From Auanema rhodensis (Eukaryota > Animalia > Nematoda), in NCBI GenBank assembly GCA_964057225.1, contig OZ059899.1:11842001-11906000 (forward strand): 64,000 nucleotides of DNA, in the 5' to 3' direction. Positions 43,495 through 56,203 of this stretch are shown here, in pieces. The translations under genes were made by a program, and so were the position numbers. The notes under the pieces were generated by a model. The model saw nothing but the letters and a program-made list of their open reading frames with translations, was not told the DNA's origin and did not search any database. The stretch's first letter is position 1; each line of letters opens with the position of its first letter.

Positions 43495-44788
43495 ATTCTC
43501 GTCTTTTCTTTACTTTAAGCAACTATTTAAAAAAATATTTTGAGAAAAAATGTTGAAATTACCTAAGAAATTGAAAAATTTCTTCAAACCATACGCTTTG
43601 TTTTAACAGACAATGGAAATAAAACAAAAAAAAGAGCACAACCCTGATAACCCCTATGGACATAGGCGTGGACACGGAAGAAGCAGCAGAGTCATGCTTG
43701 GTATTTCATGAGAGAGTTTAGACGGAGAATAACAAATGCGAAGAATGATTGTGTGAGACGAAGGAAGAGACACTGCGAGAGCGGCTTGCAGAGTGCGAAA
43801 TACAAATTCAATGGAAGAGAGTTGTTTGGTGGCTGGCCGTAGAGACCGATCAGCTTCAACTGCCAGAACACGCTGACTATGTGTCTGCTTCTAACCTCCA
43901 CTAACTGCTTCAACGTCATCTTCTCCAGTTTTGAGTCAGAGCCCTTAGCCCTAATAAGATTTTTTTCTTAGCATTGTACGTGCTGTATCAAATACAATTC
44001 ATTCATTTTTGAAAATACTTATTTGCTGATGAGCAAGAAAAATTTATTTTTCATATATGAATAGCTAACTGTTTTTATTTTCTTTTGCTGTCTCTATCTT
44101 TCTCTCAAGTCTTGCTAACCAAAATATTTCGTTTCATGTCAACGTATCCTACTGATGTTTTTCGATTTGTCGCAGATAATTACATGTCGGCTGACTACTT
44201 TGACCACGTAGACTTAGCCAGCATTTTACCCAACTCCACGCCCTCTCTCATTCTCCGACATCCTACAGACAGGTTTAGATAAAACATCAGAAATTGAAAG
44301 AACAAAATCTTTCATTCCTCTAACAGCCTCGTTTAGCCATTTTTTCTTTTCGTTTGTGGTACTTTTTATCAAATTGACGGTCATGTGCTTTTCACTAAAA
44401 TATTTTTGCAAAATTTGATTCAAATGATAGGTGTGTACGTGTGTGTGTTAGTTAGTTAGTTCTCAAAGTTCATTTTTCGAAATATTTTCGATCACACACA
44501 TGTACGCATACATGCATGTGTAGAAGTTTTAGAAGGAAGTTGCTTGCCGATCAACGGTACTATTGCGAAATAATTCCTTGGAGGTACTTCTCGCTTCTTA
44601 TTCTTTCTCAATTTTTTTTTGAATTAACTATTGATTTTCACTTCTATTTCACTTGATTTTCCATTAATTTGTTTCAAACATACATATATGTTAAAGAGCA
44701 AACAAACAGATTGTTTGGCTGGTCTAAGGTTGTCCTGTGAAAATCCTTATCCAGCCTGATGCTATATGTTTAATTTACAAGATTAACA

Positions 44789-44791
<3 letters not shown>

Positions 44792-44819
<28 letters not shown>
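44792..44819. repeat. (GA)n microsatellite
   Basis: Pure GA run. Confidence 0.9.
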
Positions 44820-44823
<4 letters not shown>

Positions 44824-45676
44824 CTGTTTTCCACATTATCATTCAAAAATCGCTGCTGATGCGACAGAAAATTTTTTTAAAAAATTTTTTCAATTATTAT
44901 CTTTGACATATTTTTAAAAAAATTAATACTATTACTAATTAAAATAAATAAAATAAATTTATAATTTTATTCATCTATTTATATATAAAATATTTTATTT
45001 ATATCTCATAAATTATAATTTTCAAAATATTTTTAACTACATACCTGTGAAAAAATATAAATAAATGTATAACTAGCAATATATTTATATATTTCATTTT
45101 ATCTTTTGCCTTTCTCATTCTCCTATGTTTTCACACTTTTTCTCCAATTTTTCATTTCATCTCGTTTCTCTTATTTTTCATTTCAAATTTGGCTGTTCAT
45201 TCTCATCCTCTCATTCTGTCCACCACTAACATTATTTTCATTTATGTCTCTGTTCTTCCTTTAACTACTTTTCTATCTTATGGCTTTTAACCTAAGCTAT
45301 ACCTAATTAATTCTTTTTAATAATCTAATTAAATTTATTTTTTAAATCAAAATTTACTGCTAAATATTCTTTTTTTCTTCTTTTGAATGTTTCATTTCCT
45401 ACATTCCTAACACATTCTATTTTATCTTCGTCATCGTCATCATCATGCAGTTATGACGTCATTCTACTTTTGAAAATTGATTTTTATTTTTAGTTTCAAC
45501 TAATAAACCTTATCGCTTTTCCCAATATTCGCTCATATTTCTATTCTAAAGTTATCTTTCATTTTCTTATTTATCTCTTTCAAATTAAAATCATTTTTTA
45601 TTAAAAATTAATTTATTTTAGATATTGGTTTAACCATCATCTCATTCTAATATTTATTATAATAATTTTTTAAAAA

Positions 45677-48600
45677 ATGACTTCAACAACTTTAATAACA
45701 GCATTGGAAGTTATAGCTTCATCAGCATCATCATCAGGTATTTCCTCTTCTTGTTACAGTTTTCTCTTCTCTTTTCTCTCTTAAAACTTTTAATTATACA
45801 CACAACACATTCCACACTTTCCTCAATCGTCCTTCGATTCTTTTCCGAAAATCACTATAATGGAACAAGGTCAAAAAAATATTTTTTTTGTCAGAAATCG
45901 AAGGTAAAGACTTTCCGGAAACTACTGAAATAGACATGTACAATCACATTTACCAACTAATATCTGACATGAAAAATGGATGAATGTTATTTGAAATGAA
46001 ACTATTATCTGTTTCTTTTCAATATTAACCATACTTGATCATACTTATACTAAGTAAGTATATATAACTGTTTTTTTATAAATTTTTGAATAAAAAATTA
46101 GAAAATAGATTAAAAAAATTAAACAAGTTGTTACAAAAGTTTGAACTTAGCTTGTTTAAGTACTGCTAGTGCATCATGTATGGACGGTCATTTTGCTCTG
46201 AAATGGGCGTGTAACCGGTTGATTTGAACTATAAATTTTTATTTTATTTTACAACAATCAATATTTTATGCTTATATTATATTTTTAGGTCATACTGATG
46301 AATTTGCTATTCCACAACTTCTAACCCAAAATGCTTCTACAACTCCTCTTCCCTCTCGTGTAAATGATAATGGAAATACTGAATTAATTACTGATCCACA
46401 AGCAATAGTCCAACATGGAAATTCTAATTCTAATTCTAATAATAATAATAATGAATTTCAATTTTATGGAGTAGGAATAACTGGTTATTAATTGAAATTT
46501 GTTCAAATAACAAAGAAATAATCATTTCAGAAGCTATTTCTATGCTTGGTTCCTGTATACCATGGTGGACCATATCACAGAAACGTCGCTCCTCGCAAAC
46601 GTGAGTGAAAGTTATTTATTTGTTTATTTGTTTATTTGTTTATCTGTGTGTGGATTTTAAGATATGTTATGTTTTTTTTTCTAGATCTACTCCTAAAAAT
46701 GATTGTGAAATACCATTTGAAATAATTAAAATATTGGATTGTGTTGGAACTGGTGCTGAAGCAAGTGTTTTTCGGTTAGTTTTCAAAATAATTTTTTTTT
46801 TTTGGAAGATTTTAATTATTTATCATATTTATTATTTATTTATTTATCAATTAAATATATTTTTATTTTTATTTTTCAGTGGTGAATTATCTGGTGAAAT
46901 TGTTGCGGTCAAAAAAGTTAAAAATTTGGAATCATTAGAGATTGTAAAAGGCCTTATGAAATTAAAACATGAGAATATTATTTCATTTATGTAAGTTATA
47001 ATAATCTTATTATTATTATAATTATTATTATATTAAATATTTCTAGCGGATTATGTGTTCAAGCACCATGTTATTGTATAGTTATGGAATTCTGTGCAAC
47101 TGGTCCACTCAGTGAAGTTTTACTTAGTGATAAACCCATTTGTAAGTTTTTCTTCAAAAATATTTTAATACATTCATTGTATTTTTTTTTTTTTTTTGAA
47201 AATAAATTTTAAAATAATTTTCTTCTGATTCAGCTCAACAGGATTGGATTCGATGGCTGTTAGAAATAGCTGAAGGAATGAATTATCTTCACCAAAATAA
47301 AGTAATTCATCGTGATCTTAAAAGCCCAAAGTATGTCTTGATTTTTCTTATTTGTTTACTTGTTTATTTGTTTGTTTTTTTCAGCATTTTGCTCACAAAA
47401 CTTAATCAAATTAAAATTTGTGATTTTGGAACTTCTCAAGTACGTCAGGACATGAAATCGGCTGTTATGTCATTTTGTGGAACGTTAAACTGGATGGCTC
47501 CAGAAGTTATATTGCACAGACGTTGTAATGAAAAGGTATTTTATAAATTAATAATTATATTTCATCTTCTTCTATAGGTTGATGTATATTCATTTGGTGT
47601 AGTATTATGGGAAATGATGACACGTCAAAAACCATACAAAAATATTGAACAATGCTCAATAATGTATGGTGTTGGAAAAAGGTTAGTTTTTCCTCTTTTT
47701 TTGATAAAAATCAAAAAATAAATTCAATTTTTGTAGACAATTATCACTTCCAATTACAACTAACGCTCCTGATGGCATAAAGAAGTTATTGAGAGATTGT
47801 ATGAGTTTTGAACCACGTAATCGACCTTCCTTTGCTAGTATCTTAAAACATAAAACAATCATTCAATATGAACTTAATTCAATAGGTGAAGAAGTAAGTT
47901 ATTACAATAATCTTTTTCATTTTCTTCTTCTTCTAACTTTCAAGAATTGGCCAAATGTATATCGAGGATGGAATGAAGAAGCTGAGAATTTTGTATATCC
48001 AGAGTCTTTTAATCGTGAACCTGAATTTGACTATGCTGCTGCTGGTATATCATGCCTCGTTTTCATATTAAGAAATTTGTTTTTGTTTTCAGCAAGAGAT
48101 TTATATCATCGACGTCAACAAGAATTGAAAGATGCAAAAGATATTCGTTGTATGTATGAAATTAAAACAAAACGTGTTGATAAGATGATCTATGATATTG
48201 CTCAGTGTAAGCAAAATTTAGACGAAAGAGAAGAGGTACTACTAGATGCTTATTCTTGTATTTCCTTATTATAATCTAATAAGAATTAAAAAAAAATCAT
48301 TTCTCCTTTATAATTATTTTCTGTTTAGGATATAAAACGACGAGAACGAGCTCTTCTGAAGTTCGATCGACGTTATTGTGTTGTTTCACGTACAGGTCCT
48401 AATACTGTTCGCCATGAAGAGTTAGTTATCTTCATTCATTTTCAATTAAACAAATGAAATTTTTAGCGTAAATTCACGATCTTCTGGAAATCATAACAAT
48501 GTTGATTATTTTACGGATTCGAGTGATGATAATAGGTCGATTAATGGTGGAACCATCGGTGGATATAGGCAATCTAGTGGATCTCGTCAATCTTCTCAGC

Positions 48601-49990
48601 ATAGCCAGACTGGACGTGCACGAAATTCGCATTCTCCGGCCAGTCCCATTAGTTAGTTATCGAATCATAAGAACAAACATCTATATTTCTTCTTATTTTC
48701 AGTTAATCGATCATCAAGAGCACATTCAGAACATCAAAGCTCATTTTCGCGTGAAGATTCATTCCGTAATTCGAACAATCTAATTCGTGGATCTTCGAAT
48801 CGTAACAGTGGCTGCTCTGTTGATAGTGGAGTTAATAGCCAATTCGGTAGTTCAAGTTATTTAAACAGTAATGTAAGTTAATTACATGATATTGTATGAA
48901 TTCTTATCTGTTTTCCAGCCTTCTTTCTCTTTAAGCCGTAATGTAGACGGAAGATCATCTGATTCAAAGCTATGTACAAAAAAACGTTCGAAGAAACATT
49001 CACGTGAGAGCCCTGTTCACGATTCAAAGGAAAAGCTCGGAGCTTCGAGTACCAATGAGAAAATGAAAAAGATGCGACAGAGAATAGAAACGTTAGTAAA
49101 ATTCATTAAATCCAAGTTTTAACTTAACGCTTAACAAGTTTCAGTATACAGAAACAGAGAGTAGCAAGAGAAGCTATAGTTCATCAAGAATTAAAAATTG
49201 AAAATCTTCCAACAACAAGTACAAGTAGAGAATTACCTAGAATGTAAGCGAAATTTTGATATTTTCCTATTTTTAATGAAATTTCTTTCAGAATTGATAA
49301 TCCATGTTATCAAAATGCTACTGTATATACTTTATCACCAAAATGTTCTTCATTATATCATTTAAAATCAAATATTGATTTGGAATCATCCTTAGAATTG
49401 AATGCTAATGATCAAAGAAGTTTACAAACTGATGCTTCTTCCGAAAATAGCGATGTAGATGAAGCTAATGGGTAACGTTTCTACACCCTCTCACTTCTGA
49501 TGAAAATATTTTTAGAAATAGCTTAAACTCATCACTAGAAGTTCGACTACCTTACAAACTACCTGGAATGAGCGCTCAATCAAAGTTATCAAATGTTCTT
49601 TCTCCTGCTCCTCCTGCTCAACCTTCCACTTCTCTCTCTCAGGAAAATAATAAAAGTTTAGATAATAGGTATGTGATTTAAGATAAGAAGAACCATAATA
49701 AACTGAAGTATTCAGAACTACGTCACATATGAACTCAAGCATATCAACCATGGCAAGCTCTGTTGAGCGTTCCTTAGAAATAGCTGCTATGCATTCCGAT
49801 GGACTGAGCGACATAGAGAAAATAGTGAAAGCAACAACAAAGAAAATAAGGGGACATCGTAGATGTTCTTCGGTAACAAATCATAAAAGCTTGATAAACA
49901 CAATTCAATTCATTTCAGCATCCTATAAACAATTATTTTCTTGAGAATGATGAGATTAGCAGCGATAGTGATGACGCTGTTGATGTGTAA
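45677..49990 (+). CDS. dlk-1: Dual leucine zipper MAP3K (MAP3K12/13 family)
   Basis: Kinase motifs [68 protein letters not shown]; zipper [16 protein letters not shown]; Ser/Arg-rich tail; diagnostic SDGLSD hexapeptide; C-terminus DSDDAVDV*. First exon is inferred. Confidence 0.9.
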
Positions 49991-51222
49991 CTGTTGTTGA
50001 CTGAATCAACTATGAAGTTGGCTCTACATGTATTAGAAACGTGTGTATATTCAGAATATCTGCTTAAATGATTCAGAAAATTATATCTTTTGCTTCATCA
50101 AGATTGTTATTGCTACCTTAGCCATAAGGAAAGAAGGGAAGTAGAAGAATTATCCAAATATTCATATGGATATATGAACTCATACTTTAGTTGTGAAAGA
50201 TTTTTGCTCCTTTATATAGTTCTTTACTAACATTCTAGAAAAATTATATTTGGGCTTTTTTTCCTTCTTTTCAATTTAGTTATAGATTTAGAATATTAAT
50301 AATCTTAATAGCATGTAGTATTTCCATGCTTATGCAATGGGTCATGTGCTGGTATCAATAATTTGTAAAAGAAATAATTTTATTTGTTTATTGTTGTTGT
50401 ATTATTATTATTATTATTATTATATATACTTTAATTAATATTATTAAATAAAGATGTATATATAATATATATTTATCAATTATATTTAAAATTCGTAAAA
50501 TACAATCGGAATTTGTGTGGTTTATGTCAAAGGATAAGAGTTTCGAGTGGCTGTCCGAGGTTCATCGCACAGGACTGTATGTATATGAGTCCTACAACGA
50601 ATGAGTCTTTCTTGGAAAGTGCTACAATTCATTCATGAAATATCAAACCTAATGATTCCAAAGTTTAAAGAAAACTGTGCTGATACTTGACCATGTATTA
50701 ATCTATTTGACATAGGACTTCATGTGTTTGCTGTTATTTAGAAAAAATTCAGCTTATTAACAACTAGAATGTAGTTAATAGGTCAAGTGCTTGTACAACT
50801 ACGGTTTAGTTATAGGACGTCATATCGATAAAAATAAAATTTATCAAATTTTATTTATTTACTCTTCTTCATTTCAAAAATAGAACATCAGCACTTGTTC
50901 AAAACCAAAGTCGAATCACGCCATGGTTTGTAAGTTCCTTGAAAATTACAAAACTATGCAGTTATCTTATGAAATACTGAACTGACCTATTTTTATTTCT
51001 TGAAGGTGTTATTAAGATGATGTGAGAAATTGAAATAAATATAGACAAGCATAAGCAGACTCGCAGAGAAGTTGCTCGCAGCTTTAAACTCAATTTTGAA
51101 ATATCTAAATGGACCAACTCAAACTAGGAATAATGAGAATAGAATTCATTTTTTGCACAGTTCCTCAGCGAGAAAAAGATACATCTTAATGGGGGACTTG
51201 TTTGAAAAAAGAAAAAAATATC

Positions 51223-51295
51223 TGATCTCGGGCGGGCTCGAACCGCCGGCCTTCTGTGTGTTAGACAGATGTGATAACCACTACACCACGAGATC
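51223..51295 (-). tRNA. tRNA-Val (anticodon AAC)
   Basis: Reverse complement GATCTCG TGGTGTAGTGGTTATCACA TCTGT CT AAC AC ACAGA AGGCC GGCGG TTCGAGC CCGCC CGAGATC A forms a full cloverleaf with A/B boxes, followed by an oligo-T Pol III terminator. Confidence 0.97.
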
Positions 51296-53025
51296 CCTGG
51301 AGACTTTTAAATCATAGCAATAGACAACGTAATACGTAAATTAATTGTGTCGTTCATCAAATATTTGGGTGGTCATTAAGGTTTTCAAGTTAACTTCGCT
51401 TAAAACTTGATGAACACAAACATGACTTCAGTAAGCTACAAGAATCTAAACTTCAAATTTAAGAAGTGGTCAAGTCTTAATGATTCAATATTGGTTTCTC
51501 GTTCAAACTATGTTGCCAGTAGATACTTAATGATATTTCATGTTGCAATGAAGTAAATTTCTATTTCTATTTGTTTCTGTGAATAGTCTCTCTCATATTC
51601 CAAACAGTAAGAGCCTATAAAGAAGAATCAAAAAGGAAATGTTTAGAGAAAAAAAATTGAAGAAAGAAAGGGATACTCGCTGAAGAAACCTTGAGATGCG
51701 ATTAAAAAATGAGAAAAAACTTCATCTCAGGCTTCTGATGCAGACCTCCCTCCCTTTTCTCCTTATACAACAAGTTATGAGAAGTGAGGTTAGAAGAAAG
51801 AAAGAAGACTGAAAGGAAACAGATTAAATTAAAAACTTTATATTGAAACGATAGTGATGGTAGAACTAACTCAGAAAGCATAATCTCTACATCAGAGGCT
51901 GCCTTATATGTGTTCTGGAACTCGAAGTGCAAAGTAGATGTGAAGTGGAATGGTGAAGATCGAAACCAAAAGTCTATACAGAGATTAAACAATGAAATTC
52001 TAAAAACAAATCATAAATATCTGCTCAATAGGAATATAAACGTGATGTTGAAACTGAAACTTTATCTAATTTCAAATTGTCTTTGTCTTTTGGTATTCAT
52101 AGAGCTTTCGAAGTAATATTTTAGTCAAATTTACTCATATGAAATACTAATCAATGGATATTAAAAGGTAAAATACTTGTTGAATGTTAGATTAACTATT
52201 AAATAATAATTAAATTATTCTCACATACATTCATATATAGTTTAAGCTTAGTATAGCATTAACATAGATGATCATGTCAGTATATGTATGTTGAGAGATG
52301 TTTCTGACATTAATGTTGATTCAAGTTTTAAAAAAGATTTAAGTTTAAGTGATTATAACTAAAATAAAGTTTGTATATGAATGGTACTCGTAAGTTCTAA
52401 TGAATTTTTCCTCAAAATTTAAAATTCTGAACGAAAATATTGATTATTCTCCATCATACTCTCTTTCTTTCCATTTAGAACCATTATGTTCAATGTTAAG
52501 TTTGAGTCTAAATGTCACTCAATCTAAAACTATGTGTTGAAGTCAGATGATGCAAGATTCTAGCATGAGAAGCACATACGTAATAATTCTGGAATGGCAT
52601 TAGAGAAAGAGAAGGATGTAACATCATTTCATTTTCAAACTATTCATAAAACTGAACACATCAGAGTATTCTAAATATAACATTCTGGCCAATAAGATAT
52701 GCAATATGAGCAGAAAAAGATGGTTGGAAAGAATGAAAGTAAAAAAATTGACAAAATTTTGATGAAATTTGACACATTTGGCTTTAAAAGCTTAAACCTT
52801 CATACTTTTCAATTTTATACTATATATGTATTCATAAATGTTCAAATAACCACTTCCAACTTAGAACTTAGAACGTTTTTAAAGAATAAAATTAAGAAAA
52901 TATTGCAAACTGTTAGGCTTTAACGTAGAAATCCCTGGTGGATTTATAAATAAAGCAGAATTTGTAACGGGGTGCCAGACAGGAAATCTAATAAGAGGGA
53001 GACGCGCCAAGTCAGGCGTCTTTAG

Positions 53026-53225
53026 GTCATCTGTTGGTGAAATGGGTTACGGTAGCTGCGGAAAGGAAGAAAAAGCTTTAAAAGAAGGTTTTTATGGAAT
53101 TTTTTTAGATATTTAATTAATGTTTTATATAAAGCTTTATCAATTACATTCATTAGCGTTTTTGTTGTTTTAAATACTTTAATCAAAGATGAAAAAAAAT
53201 AGAAAATGTAAAAGTACCGTAATCC
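53026..53225. repeat. Inverted pair of GGRTTACGGTA motifs, copy 1 (MITE-like or promoter element)
   Basis: GTCATCTGT-N9-GGGTTACGGTAGC at 53026-53056 and inverted TACCGTAATCC at 53215-53225, enclosing A/T-tract DNA. Confidence 0.55.
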
Positions 53226-53554
53226 GAATCTATTGTTGCATAGCATAGTAAGTAGTATTATAGAAGGCAAATGAAAGAAAATTGATTGTAGCTGTAATTG
53301 CTTGAAACATACATGAATATGTATGTATATATGTCTTGAAATAGAATATTGTGTCAAGCTCATCATACATTCTTTCCAAATATATTCCCTTTATTTCATG
53401 TTCATTTAGCCATTTTAATTGACAATTTTTCAATTTTATCTTAGTCGTCCATACGAAAATTCATTAATTTTAAACTAATCTCTGATTACGGTATTGACTT
53501 TTTAATTTTTTTGTAAATTTTTTGAAAAAATGTTTTTCCAAATTATTGGAACAG

Positions 53555-53558
<4 letters not shown>

Positions 53559-53610
<52 letters not shown>
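53559..53610. repeat. (GA)n microsatellite
   Basis: ~26 AG units. Confidence 0.9.
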
Positions 53611-53614
<4 letters not shown>

Positions 53615-55198
53615 TTGTAGCTATATTGAATTTGAGGATGAATATCATTTCAAAACATCCTTTCTCGTAGTTTTGTTTGAAAAGTGGTCAAATCAAAGTT
53701 TTATTGAAATGAATTTCAAAATTCTTCTTGTATCCCATTATATTTCTACTATTATTGCCTATTTAATAATAATAATAATATTACAGTATACTTATATATA
53801 TATATATCCATACATAGTAATCGTTGAATGTTCATTAACATCTCCTGACATACTAAAGCTTATTCTTCAAAGAGAGAAAGAGAGAGAGAGAGAAACTGAG
53901 AGAAAGAGAGGGAGGAAGGGGAGGGAGAGGCACAAAGGGATAGAAATGGCTAATCCTAGGTGGATAAAGAGGAGAATAATATTATTTGTATTTTCTTAAA
54001 TACGGTTAATAATCAGAAAGCCTGTTGATTAAACTAATTAAAAGAGGAAATTTAGTGAATATAAAGTTGAAGAGTCATTATCATGCTCAATGAGCAGAAA
54101 TTTTAAATTATTTGAAATAATTCACATATCTACAGTATACTCTCTATATTTCCAAAATCCTGTTATTTAACTTTTAAAATTCATATATTAAAAATAAAAA
54201 TATTTTGTATTATACTATATATATATATATAGTTAGATAGTTAGATAGATAGATATATGAACATATATAGTCAATTAAATAGCCAGAAAATAGAATAAAA
54301 GGGAATTATAGTAAGTGGCAAAGGAGAAACATTCAGCTATTATAGAGAAAATATATTGGTCATTGGTCGATCGTAAACCTGAGACAACAATTCTACTTTG
54401 TCCAGATTGTAATCATGCATTTCAAGTTAATTTTTTTTTGCTTCGAAACAAGCCTCTTTCTTTAGATTTATGTGTTGACTGAATATGCAAAAAATACATT
54501 TTTGCCTCACAAAATAGAAGAAAATGGATTTTGAAATGTCTTTAAAGGTTCAATATATTGTAGAAATACAGAGAAATAAGAACAACTAGTTGATACAAAG
54601 TTCAAAAACAGAGTAATTTGGAAAGTAACTTTGTATTGTTATAAGTGAATTCAATTATTTTCTTTCATCTCTTCTCATTTTTTCCAGTTTTTTTCAAATT
54701 TTAAATTGTTTGATTACAGTATATATTCATAAATAAATAAATATTAACATATATTATTTGAAGTAAACGACAATTTTTTTTGGTTTTGTTTAGTTTTCAT
54801 TGTTTTTTCTCTTCTAAACTCTCCCTTCTTTCGTTTATTTGTGATCCCTGTACATTATCCTTTCAGTTTATTCTCCGTTTTCAAGCTCATTTCTTTCCTT
54901 TTTTTCCAAAAAAAAGTTTCCTTTCTCTTATCTTGGTTTCTTTCAATTCTTCTGCATCTCTTTATGAAACAGAGAGCAGAAGCCGCGAGAGCTACATATC
55001 CAGTTAGACACGCCTTCTCCTGTTTGAGACCAGCTTGGTTATTGCCAGACTCAAGAAGGCTGTCTCTCACGGCGTCGGTGGCTCTATTCACTGCTGAGAT
55101 TAACTTTAGTGGTTTGGAATCGAGTGCGTGAGCTTTCACGATCTGATTTCAATCTCAAATATCTTCTCTACCTTACCCTTCCTTAATATCTTCAGGAA

Positions 55199-56169
55199 AT
55201 GTCAGAAGACGCCCAGCAAATCCAGGTATTTTAATAAATAATTTGAAAATTCAAAAATGTTTTAATAATAACATATGACAACAGGTTGTTCAGATAAATC
55301 TTTTTAAATACTAATTTCTAAAACTATGTCATCTGTTAACGTAATGAGGTCGAAGAGGTCACAAAAGAGGCAACCCAGATGTATAGAGGCGGAGCCATTC
55401 CGCGTGCAAGGGTTACGGTAGCAATTTGAGCTTCAATTAATTTTTGCTTGTAAAAAATGCTGAAAACTTATATTATATACCATTTTATAGACCTAGACGA
55501 GCTCATTCCGAAGAATTTTTCAATTTTTAAAAAAAATGAAGTTTGAGAGCTATAATGAGCTTGTAAGAAATGTCGCTACCGTAACCCCAAGACACGACAG
55601 ATGACACGCGTAGCGTATTCGAGAAGTGCTGAGTCCTCCTTAATCATCTATATTGTCTTCTCGAGAGTACATTTTCATTTACAATACATCTTTTATGTTT
55701 TTTATTTTCTAAAATGTTTCATTTTTCTTTTAAAAAACAGAAAAAGTTAGAGAAAGATTCAGAGATATTCAGCCATTTTACAACCCATTCCTTTTATTTG
55801 AATAACGTTTTTTTTGGGATTGTAAACTATTCCCAAACTATTAATAAGTCTAGAATTTCAATTCTATTTCCAATCGTGTCAAATACTTTGCCTTTCTTTT
55901 TTTCCAAAAAAAAACAATTTATTTCACATAAATTTGAAAACCTATACTAAGATTGGGAAATAATTTTCTTTCTTTCATTCTATTCATAACTCAATTTCCT
56001 CAACATATTTCTCAGAGTTCTCTTCCTTTTATACATTTTGGATAATAATATCTAATATATGACTGATTTCTGACTTCCTATCAAATGCTGGTTGTTAGCA
56101 GCTTGTATTGTTATCGCTATGCCCCACGATTCAGAGGTTTACTTCTCTGCTCATATATGCTACTTCCTC

Positions 56170-56203
<34 letters not shown>

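Noticed and set aside
44136-44282. Coding-like ORF MSTYPTDVFRF... as a dlk-1 first exon
   Set aside because: Its donor is phase 2, whereas dlk-1 exon 2 needs phase 1; the alternative acceptor at ~45622 leads to a stop.
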